Source: an uncultured Gemmatimonadaceae bacterium (GTDB taxonomy: Bacteria > Gemmatimonadota > Gemmatimonadetes > Gemmatimonadales > Gemmatimonadaceae). Taken from it: a DNA stretch of 64,000 bases. The position numbers were made by a program, and so were the translations under genes. Below the pieces are notes generated by a model. That model saw nothing but the letters and a program-made list of their open reading frames with translations, ran no database searches and was not told the origin of the DNA. Shown in pieces: positions 56,839 through 64,000 of this stretch. Location: assembly GCA_963781585.1 (NCBI GenBank), contig CAWAGQ010000003.1, forward strand, positions 32,001 to 96,000, in the 5' to 3' direction. Numbering within the stretch: position 1 is the stretch's first letter; each line of letters begins with the position of its first letter.

Positions 56839-57621
56839 ATGTCCCCGGGAGAAGAGGAACGTCGCGTGCTGTACATCTGTGTTCCCGCATATAACGAAGC
56901 CCCCACCATCGGTGTGCTGCTCTGGCGCATCCAGACGGTCTTTCAGAGCTTCCCGCGCGAATACGAGCTTGTCGTGTTCAACGACGGGAGCACGGACGCG
57001 ACCGCGGAGACGCTGGCTGCCTACTCGGAGGTGCTCCCGCTGGTGGTATTGGGCGGCCTTGATCATGTCGGCTACACGCGTGCCCTCGAGGCCCTCCTGC
57101 AGCACGTCGTACAGGCGTGCCGGTATGTGCGTCGTGACGCGGTAATCGTCATGCAGGGCGACTTTACCGATCAACCGGAACATCTTCCTGAACTCATCCG
57201 GCGCTTCGAAGGAGGCGCCGACATCGTGGTGGCAGAGTCCTCGGTCGATCGGGACACGCCGCAGCCCGTGCGGAGATTGCGGCGCGTCGCCCCGTGGCTC
57301 TTGCGTCATCGCACAACCGTGCCCGGGGTGCGCGATGTGTTCGGATCGTACCGGCTGTTTCGCGTAGCGGTCGTGCGTGATGCCATTCGTGCCGCAGACG
57401 GCGGCCCGCTGATTCACGGCGAGGGCTGGGCAGCGAACCTCGACCTGCTGCTCGCTACCGCGCCGCGCGCCCGCCGGATCGAGGCCGCCCCGCTTCCGTC
57501 CCGGTATGACCTCCGGCCGCGGGCGTCGCGCATTCGGCCGTTCAGCGACGGCCTGCGCCTGTATCGGTCCGCCCGCGCGCTCAACGCACGCCACTCCGCG
57601 ATCACCGGCAGGCCGTCATGA
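56839..57621 (+). CDS. Glycosyltransferase family 2 (DPM-synthase-like)
   Basis: ICVPAYNEA, VVFNDGSTD. Confidence 0.88.
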   Translation: MSPGEEERRVLYICVPAYNEAPTIGVLLWRIQTVFQSFPREYELVVFNDGSTDATAETLAAYSEVLPLVVLGGLDHVGYTRALEALLQHVVQACRYVRRDAVIVMQGDFTDQPEHLPELIRRFEGGADIVVAESSVDRDTPQPVRRLRRVAPWLLRHRTTVPGVRDVFGSYRLFRVAVVRDAIRAADGGPLIHGEGWAANLDLLLATAPRARRIEAAPLPSRYDLRPRASRIRPFSDGLRLYRSARALNARHSAITGRPS

Positions 57622-58388
57622 GACTTTTCGCCGCAGGGTTGCTCGCGTCGATGCTTCTTCTCCCGCAGGGCGGCCAGCCCACCCGGGATTCCACGGTGGC
57701 GCCCGCTGCCGGGGAGCCCACCGTACCGTTCGGGGTCGGCGAGCGACTCACCTACGACGTGAAGTTCGGCTTCGTCCACGTGGGCGAAGGAAGCATGGAA
57801 ATCATCGGCGTGGAGACCGTGCGCGGAAAGGACGCCTGGCATACGCGTTTCGAGGCGAAGGGCGGGCTGCCCTTCTACCACGTGGATGACATGCTCGAAA
57901 GCTGGATCGACACCGGCGACTTCAACTCGCTGCGGTTCATCCAGGACACCGATGAGGGAGGCAAGACGCGCGAGTATCACTACGAGATCTACCCCGATCG
58001 CGCGATGTTCCAGGAAGGAACGAAGCCGGAAGAGGAATCGGTCCCCAACCCGCTCGACGACGGATCCTTCCTCTACTTCATCCGCACCGTGCCGCTCGAG
58101 GTCGGACATTCCTACGAATTCAACCGCTACTTCCGCCCTGATCGGAACCCGGTCGTCGTGAAGGTCCTGCGGCGCGAACGCATTACCGTACCGGCCGGCG
58201 TCTTCGATGCGATCGTCATCCGCCCGGTCATCAAGAGCAAGGGCATTTTTGCCGAGAAGGGCGAGGCACAGATCTGGCTATCCGACGACAAGGACCGCAT
58301 CATGCTGCAGATGAAGTCGAAGACCAAGATCGGATCGCTCAACCTCTTCCTCAAATCACACCGTCCCCCGAATCGCACGAGCCCATAG
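57618..58388 (+). CDS. DUF3108 family secreted protein
   Basis: Signal peptide; 'PFGVGERLTYDV', 'ERITVPAGVFDAI', 'IWLSDD'. Confidence 0.85.
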   Translation: MRLFAAGLLASMLLLPQGGQPTRDSTVAPAAGEPTVPFGVGERLTYDVKFGFVHVGEGSMEIIGVETVRGKDAWHTRFEAKGGLPFYHVDDMLESWIDTGDFNSLRFIQDTDEGGKTREYHYEIYPDRAMFQEGTKPEEESVPNPLDDGSFLYFIRTVPLEVGHSYEFNRYFRPDRNPVVVKVLRRERITVPAGVFDAIVIRPVIKSKGIFAEKGEAQIWLSDDKDRIMLQMKSKTKIGSLNLFLKSHRPPNRTSP

Positions 58389-59344
58389 GGGCCGGCGAAG
58401 CCGACGTCTCGCGCATTCGCACCGTACCGATTGCGCGCCGGCAGAACAAGGTGAGCGCGGAGGAATTCGCGCACCCGCCGGGCGACGATCGCTCCTTCGG
58501 TGCGTTCCTGAAGGCGCTCCCCGACGTGCTTGCTGCCCGGGATTTCCGAGTGGTCGTGGGGGCCGTTGCGGGCGCAGCGCGGCGCCGGCGCGGCGTCATC
58601 GTCATGCTTGGCGGGCACGTCGTGAAGACCGGGCTCACCCCGATCCTGATCGACCTGATGCGCCGCGGCGTCGTCACCCACGTGGCGATGAACGGCTCGG
58701 CGGCCATTCACGACTACGAGGTGGCACGATTCGGCGCCACTTCGGAGGACGTGGCCGCAGGGCTCCGCGATGGCACGTTCGGGATGGCCGAGGAAACCGG
58801 ACAGGGCATGAACACGGCCATCTCGGGGGGCCGGAGACAGGGTCTCGGGATGGCCGAGGCGATCGCCGCCGCACTGGAGCTCGAGCCGGAGCTGGCACAC
58901 CCGGAGCTGTCGCTCCTTCTGGGATGCCGGCGGCTGGGCGTGCCGGCGACCGTCCACGCGGCGTTAGGCGCGGAGATCGTGCACCAGCATCCGTCGGCCG
59001 ACGGGGCCGCCATTGGCGACACCAGCCTGCGCGACTTCCGCCGGCTGGCGGGCGCCATCCCCACCCTGCACGACGGCGGGGTGGTCCTCAACATCGGAAG
59101 CGCCGTCATCATGCCCGAGGTCTTCCTCAAGGCGTTGACCATCGCGCGCAACCTGAACGACGGGCGACCCGTCGATTTCACCACCTGCGATCTCGACATG
59201 CTGCGGCACTATCGCCCGCGCGCGAACGTGGTCCAACGGCCAACGCTCGCCGGCGGCGCCGGCTACGAGCTCACTGGCCATCACGAAATCATGGTGCCCC
59301 TGCTCGCATGGGCGGTGGTTGAGGCGCTCGACCAGGGGACCTAG
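58385..59344 (+). CDS. Deoxyhypusine-synthase-like (DHS fold) protein
   Basis: 'VMLGGHVVKTG', 'HVAMNGSAAIHD', 'NIGSAVIMPEVFLKA', 'GHHEIMVPLL'; first canonical start is GTG 58451, proposed start ATA 58385. Confidence 0.75.
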   Translation: MGAGEADVSRIRTVPIARRQNKVSAEEFAHPPGDDRSFGAFLKALPDVLAARDFRVVVGAVAGAARRRRGVIVMLGGHVVKTGLTPILIDLMRRGVVTHVAMNGSAAIHDYEVARFGATSEDVAAGLRDGTFGMAEETGQGMNTAISGGRRQGLGMAEAIAAALELEPELAHPELSLLLGCRRLGVPATVHAALGAEIVHQHPSADGAAIGDTSLRDFRRLAGAIPTLHDGGVVLNIGSAVIMPEVFLKALTIARNLNDGRPVDFTTCDLDMLRHYRPRANVVQRPTLAGGAGYELTGHHEIMVPLLAWAVVEALDQGT

Positions 59345-59412
59345 GTCGGCACGCGCGGGTCACCCGGGTGCTCGCCCCAGACGGTGCTACTTTCACGAAT
59401 CCTGTAATGCCG

Positions 59413-59439
59413 GAGGGGCCGGATTCGATCCGGCCCCTC
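59413..59439. terminator. Strong hairpin between convergent genes (possible bidirectional terminator)
   Basis: Perfect 12-bp inverted repeat GAGGGGCCGGAT-TCG-ATCCGGCCCCTC; no U tract. Confidence 0.45.
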
Positions 59440-59512
59440 GGTCCCAGGAATTCCGCTCATCCGTATCAACCGGCGCGGGCTCCGCTCCGGGCCGCCGATC
59501 GGGTGCGGCTGC

Positions 59513-59737
59513 TCACATCGCGTTGCCCGACCAGCGCTCGCGCAACCGGCGCGCAGTCTCGGGACTGACGATGCGAATGACCAGGTATAGCACGGCCCCG
59601 ACGATGGCCGCGAAAACTGCCCAGCGTAAAAGCAGCATGAGGATTACGAAGAATACGCCGAAGACGCCAAAAGCCAGCTTGAGGAGAAACAAGCCCCCGA
59701 TAGCGAAGAGGCCGATCATGAGGATGGTGCGGAGCAT
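59513..59737 (-). CDS. Small membrane protein (74 aa)
   Basis: Hydrophobic ORF ending 'IRIVSPETARRLRERWS'. Confidence 0.75.
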   Translation of the reverse strand: MLRTILMIGLFAIGGLFLLKLAFGVFGVFFVILMLLLRWAVFAAIVGAVLYLVIRIVSPETARRLRERWSGNAM

Positions 59738-60130
59738 GCGGAAGTTCCCCGGTTACAGGTCTAGGCATCCTACGCTGTGATACGTTGCGTGGTTTCATCG
59801 CGCTGCGACTGGCCAGCCTGGTCAGGTCTGGCTGGTCGCGCATCAGAAATTGTGCGGAGGGAGCGCGGTTTTCCACCGCGATTGGCTTCCGGCCCAGGAC
59901 CCAGGGCCTCGGACTCGGGTCCCGGGCCCGGACCCGCGCTTCGGGCGTCTGTTACTGGCCTTCGCCGGAGCCCTCATTCCCCGCGTGTCCTTCGATAACT
60001 TTCGGACTGCGAGATAGACGGTTATTCAACTGCTGCAGCCTACGACCCGGGCTTAGATTGCCCGGCCGTCTGTGACCTCGCTCGACCGAAATCCCCACTT
60101 CGTAACCACCGAATCAATGACGGGTCGCTG

Positions 60131-61039
60131 ATGCCCGAGGCTCTCTACCAGATCCTGGGCAGGCATCGCAGCACACCGCTTCCGGAGCGCAAGCCGGGTT
60201 GGCTCAAGGTCCGTGCGCCGGGAGGTCCGAATTACGCCCGCCTCAAGCAGCTCATGCGCGAGCTGCGGCTGCACACCGTCTGCGAGGAGGCCCATTGCCC
60301 CAACGTCGGCGAGTGTTGGGAGCATGGCACAGCGACGTTCATGATTCTGGGTGACGTATGCACGCGCAACTGCGGGTACTGCGCCGTGTCGCATGGTCGC
60401 CCGCCCGCCTACGACGTCGAGGAACCCGAGCGCGTGGCGTCAGCCGTGGCCGGGATGTCGTTGCGCCATGCCGTGATTACCTCGGTCGACCGGGATGACC
60501 TCCCCGATTTCGGAGCGTTCATCTTCGCGGAAACGATTCGCCGTATTCATGGACGGCTTCCGACGTGCTCGGTAGAAGTGCTGGTCCCGGATTTTCAGGG
60601 TGTCGAGGCGTCGATCGACGCCGTGCTGGAGGCGCGACCGGAGATCTACAATCACAATACCGAGACCGTGCCACGCCTCTACAAGCGGGCGCGTCCCGGT
60701 GGTCGCTACGAGCGGGTGATGCGGATCTTCGAACACGTCAAGCGAACGGCGCCTGACATTCCCACCAAGACCGGGATGATTCTGGGACTGGGAGAGACAC
60801 CGGACGAGGTTCTGGCGGTCATGCGCGAGCTCCGGGAGGTGGAGGTCGACATCCTGACTCTCGGCCAGTATCTGCGGCCGTCGAACGATCACCTTCCGCT
60901 GGACCGGTACTACGCGCCTGACGAGTTCCGCGCGCTCCGCGACGCCGGCCAGATGATGGGCTTCCGGCACGTGGAGGCGGGACCGCTGGTGCGGTCGAGC
61001 TATCACGCCTGGGAGCAGGTGCAGGCTGCCGGCGTATGA
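60131..61039 (+). CDS. lipA: Lipoyl synthase
   Basis: CEEAHCPNVGEC, radical SAM CTRNCGYC, VRSSYHA. Confidence 0.97.
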   Translation: MPEALYQILGRHRSTPLPERKPGWLKVRAPGGPNYARLKQLMRELRLHTVCEEAHCPNVGECWEHGTATFMILGDVCTRNCGYCAVSHGRPPAYDVEEPERVASAVAGMSLRHAVITSVDRDDLPDFGAFIFAETIRRIHGRLPTCSVEVLVPDFQGVEASIDAVLEARPEIYNHNTETVPRLYKRARPGGRYERVMRIFEHVKRTAPDIPTKTGMILGLGETPDEVLAVMRELREVEVDILTLGQYLRPSNDHLPLDRYYAPDEFRALRDAGQMMGFRHVEAGPLVRSSYHAWEQVQAAGV

Positions 61040-61121
61040 ACCCCTGGCAGGCAGCCCGGGCGATCGCACACGACGAGGTGCGCGGGCACCGTGTTTTTCC
61101 GGCGCGGCTGGCCGCGGCAAG

Positions 61122-62165
61122 GTGGGAAGCGTGACGTCGGCGGTACGGAAAGCGAAGCAGAAGCCTGACCCGGTGGCCGACGCGCCCGCCGCCGCGGACG
61201 GCGCGCTGCGGCATCGACTGCTGCGGGCCATGCTGCTGCAGCGACGCTTCGAGGAGCGCTGCGCGGAAGCGTACGCGTTAGGCCGCATCGGCGGATTCTG
61301 TCATCTGTACATCGGACAGGAAGCCGTGGGCACCGGTGCGATTTCGACCATTCGCCCCGACGACTATGTGATCACGACCTATCGCGACCATGGCCAGGCG
61401 CTGGCCCGCGGCGTCGCGCCGAGGGCGGTCATGTCCGAGGTCTTCGGGCGGGTGGACGGATGCGCGCACGGGAAGGGCGGTTCGATGCATCTGTTCGACC
61501 GCTCGGTGAATTTCCTTGGCGGCCATGGTATCGTGGGTGGACACATCCCGCTTGCCGCGGGCGTCGGGTTCGCGGTCAAGTATCGGGGCGGCGACCAGGT
61601 CTGCCTGTGTTTCATGGGGGAATCGGTGGTCAACACCGGCGCTTTCCACGAGGCCCTCAACATGGCCGCCCTGTGGAAGCTTCCCGTGGTGTACCTGATC
61701 GAGAACAATCGCTACGGGATGGGCACGGCGGTCGAACGCGCGTCGTCCATCCACGACATCTACATGCGCGCCGCGTCGTACGACATGCCCCGCGGCGTGG
61801 TGGACGGTCAGGATGTCATGGCGGTCCGCGATGCAACCGCCGAGGCGGTCGACCGCGCGCGCGCTGACTCCGTCCCCACACTCCTGGAAGTGCGCACGTA
61901 TCGGTTCATGGGCCATTCCATGTCGGATGCGGTCTCCGGCACGTATCGATCAAAGGCCGAACTCGAAGAGTACATGAAGCGCGATCCGATCATGGTCCTT
62001 CGGATGCGCATGCAGGAAACGGGGGAGATCGATGACGCGGGGATGAGCAAACTCGACGAGGAGGTCAAGGCCGAAGTGCAGGACGCCTGGGACTTCGCCG
62101 AGGCCAGTCCCGAGCCGCCGGTGGAGAGTCTGCTCGAGGACGTGACCGTTGACACGACCACCTGA
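61122..62165 (+). CDS. pdhA: Pyruvate dehydrogenase E1 alpha
   Basis: IGGFCHLYIGQEA, YRDHG, GKGGSMH, ENNRYGMGT, TYRFMGHSMSD; start uncertain. Confidence 0.95.
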   Translation: MGSVTSAVRKAKQKPDPVADAPAAADGALRHRLLRAMLLQRRFEERCAEAYALGRIGGFCHLYIGQEAVGTGAISTIRPDDYVITTYRDHGQALARGVAPRAVMSEVFGRVDGCAHGKGGSMHLFDRSVNFLGGHGIVGGHIPLAAGVGFAVKYRGGDQVCLCFMGESVVNTGAFHEALNMAALWKLPVVYLIENNRYGMGTAVERASSIHDIYMRAASYDMPRGVVDGQDVMAVRDATAEAVDRARADSVPTLLEVRTYRFMGHSMSDAVSGTYRSKAELEEYMKRDPIMVLRMRMQETGEIDDAGMSKLDEEVKAEVQDAWDFAEASPEPPVESLLEDVTVDTTT

Positions 62166-62245
62166 CGCGCGACGCCTGCCGTTCGGCAGCGAGACGGGAC
62201 ATCGCGTGGCGACGTCGAGCGGACCCGTGATGGCGGGCGTCTGAC

Positions 62246-63226
62246 ATGCCGACCATCACCTATCGCGACGCCCTGAACCAGGCGCTTCGCGAGGAAATGC
62301 TGCGCGACGACCGCGTCTTCCTGATGGGAGAGGAGGTCGGCGTGTATCAGGGGGCGTACAAGGTCTCGAAGGGACTGTTGCAGGAATTCGGCGAGATGCG
62401 CGTCGTGGACACGCCCATCACCGAACTGGGATTTGCCGGCGTCGGAGTGGGGGCCGCGATGGCCGGCCTGCGACCGGTGATCGAGTTCATGACCTGGAAT
62501 TTCGCCCTCCTCGCCATGGACCAGGTGGTGAACAACGCGGCCAAGATCCTGTACATGTCGGGCGGACAGTTCAACATCCCGATTGTCTTTCGCGGACCGA
62601 ACGGCGCTGCGCTGCAGTTGTCGGCGCAGCACTCGCAGGCGTGGGATGCCTGGCTGGCGCACATTCCGGGCCTCAAGGTCGTCTCACCCGGCACCCCCTA
62701 CGACGCCAAGGGGCTGTTGAAGAGCGCGGTGCGCGATGACAATCCGGTGATCGTGCTGGAGGGCGAGATGCTCTACAACACCAGGGGCGACGTGCCGGCG
62801 GAGGACTACGTGATCCCGATCGGCCAGGCCGATCTGAAGCGGGAAGGCGAGCACTGTACCCTCGTGACCTACGGGAAGTCCGTGCTGCTGGCCACCCAGG
62901 TCGCCGATCAGCTGAACAAGGAGGGGATCCGGGTGGACGTGGTGGACCTTCGGACCACGCGCCCCATGGACGTCGACTCGATCGTGGCGTCGGTGCGGAA
63001 GACGAATCGCGCCGTGGTGCTGGAGGAAGGCTGGGAGGTCTGCGGTGTGGGAGCGCAGGTCGTGGACTATGTGCAGCGCTTCTGCTTCGACGATCTGGAT
63101 GCGCCTGTGGTGCGGGTGACCCAGGCCGACGCCCCGATGCCGTACGCGAGGAATCTGGAACGGGCGGCGAAGCCCGATGCCGCGAAGACGATCGCCGCGG
63201 TAAAGCGCGTGATGTATCTCGAATAG
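62246..63226 (+). CDS. pdhB: Pyruvate dehydrogenase E1 beta
   Basis: MGEEV, DTPITELGFAG, EFMTWNF, FRGPNG, AQHSQ. Confidence 0.95.
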   Translation: MPTITYRDALNQALREEMLRDDRVFLMGEEVGVYQGAYKVSKGLLQEFGEMRVVDTPITELGFAGVGVGAAMAGLRPVIEFMTWNFALLAMDQVVNNAAKILYMSGGQFNIPIVFRGPNGAALQLSAQHSQAWDAWLAHIPGLKVVSPGTPYDAKGLLKSAVRDDNPVIVLEGEMLYNTRGDVPAEDYVIPIGQADLKREGEHCTLVTYGKSVLLATQVADQLNKEGIRVDVVDLRTTRPMDVDSIVASVRKTNRAVVLEEGWEVCGVGAQVVDYVQRFCFDDLDAPVVRVTQADAPMPYARNLERAAKPDAAKTIAAVKRVMYLE

Positions 63227-63293
63227 GAGCGGCTGGCGAAGAGCGGGAGAAGCTGCGCGGACTGGTTTCCCGCCCCACTGACCTGGAATTGCC

Positions 63294-64000
63294 ATGGCGA
63301 CCAAGGTTTTCATGGAGGCGCTTTCACCGACGATGGAGGAAGGCCGCCTCGTCAAGTGGATCAAGAACGAAGGCGATGCGGTGAAGAGCGGAGAAACGCT
63401 CGCCGAGATAGAGACCGACAAGGCGATCATGGAGCTCGTGGCGCGCGGTGAGGGCGTGCTGCGAAAGCGCCTGCTCGAGGAAGATGGAACCGCGCCCGTC
63501 GGCTCGATCATCGCTGTCATAGCCGCGCCTGACGAGAACATCGACGCACTGGTGGCGGCCGCGGCGCAGAAGGCGACGCCGGCAGAGGCCGCAAGCGGGT
63601 CAGCGTCTGCCGGAGGAGCATCCCTCGCACAACCGGCCAAAGCCTCCGGGGGCCCCCCCCCGCAAAGCGAATCTACACCCTCCCCCGCGGCCAGCCATCA
63701 CCAAACCGTCGCGCCGCCAAGCGTATCGCCCCGCTCGCCGGCACCACCCGCTCGAGGTGCGCCCACACCGTCCCGTGCTCCGACACCCGGCGACGGCCGG
63801 ACGCGATCCTCTCCACTCGCCCGCAGACTGGCCTCGGAACGGGGACTCGACGTCCGAGCGCTGCAGGGATCGGGTCCCGGAGGCCGGGTAATCAGACGCG
63901 ACATCGAGTCGGCATTGACCTCCGTGCCCGCCGCCACCGGTCCGGGGCGGCAACGCGCGACCCCGGTTGCGTCCGGAGCGGACTTCGAGGATGTCCCCCT
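63294..64000 (+). CDS. pdhC: Dihydrolipoamide acetyltransferase E2 (partial, runs off the window end)
   Basis: MATKVFMEALSPTMEEG, lipoyl site IETDKA, Pro/Ala linker, E1/E3-binding 'SSPLARRLASE..GSGPGGRVIRRDI'. Confidence 0.93.
   Translation, partial: MATKVFMEALSPTMEEGRLVKWIKNEGDAVKSGETLAEIETDKAIMELVARGEGVLRKRLLEEDGTAPVGSIIAVIAAPDENIDALVAAAAQKATPAEAASGSASAGGASLAQPAKASGGPPPQSESTPSPAASHHQTVAPPSVSPRSPAPPARGAPTPSRAPTPGDGRTRSSPLARRLASERGLDVRALQGSGPGGRVIRRDIESALTSVPAATGPGRQRATPVASGADFEDVP

Noticed and set aside
59413..59439. tmRNA 5' end or tRNA fragment (GGGGCCGGATTCGA)
   Set aside because: It is simply a perfect hairpin; there is no acceptor stem, CCA end or tag-peptide region.

Overview
A GC-rich, gene-dense stretch of bacterial core chromosome. 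Gene content and style suggest Gemmatimonadota (my inference, not tested). I support about 62 CDS. Housekeeping genes: glpK, mtnA, recF-DUF721(dciA)-gyrB, a pyrimidine nucleoside phosphorylase, ferritin, ligA, tdk, folE, coaE, gcvH, gcvP, a LipM/LplA-type ligase, a Dpp/Opp ABC transporter plus a POT transporter, lipA and pdhABC (pdhC runs off the right end). I found no rRNA, tRNA, CRISPR array, transposase or integrase. Main observations: (1) the octamer CGTTAGGC/GCCTAACG occurs at least 19 times, dispersed on both strands and all within or overlapping coding regions, mostly by way of the rare TTA codon; (2) an archaeal-style nurA-herA-(X)-mre11/sbcD-rad50/sbcC cluster is translationally coupled to a GNAT; (3) a degenerate CcmF-like protein keeps both putative heme-b His ligands but lacks the WWD lyase site, and sits in an operon with a PCYCGC lipoprotein and a zinc-ribbon protein; (4) a probable 6S RNA with its own sigma70 promoter lies upstream of a PTPS-II/SDR/Trm112-like pterin operon; (5) a catalytically degenerate DEAD-box/DbpA protein; (6) several candidate non-canonical start codons (ATA, CTG) at gene junctions; (7) intergenic heptamer tandem arrays. 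All calls come from motif recognition by eye. No database searches were run, and start codons are my best estimates.
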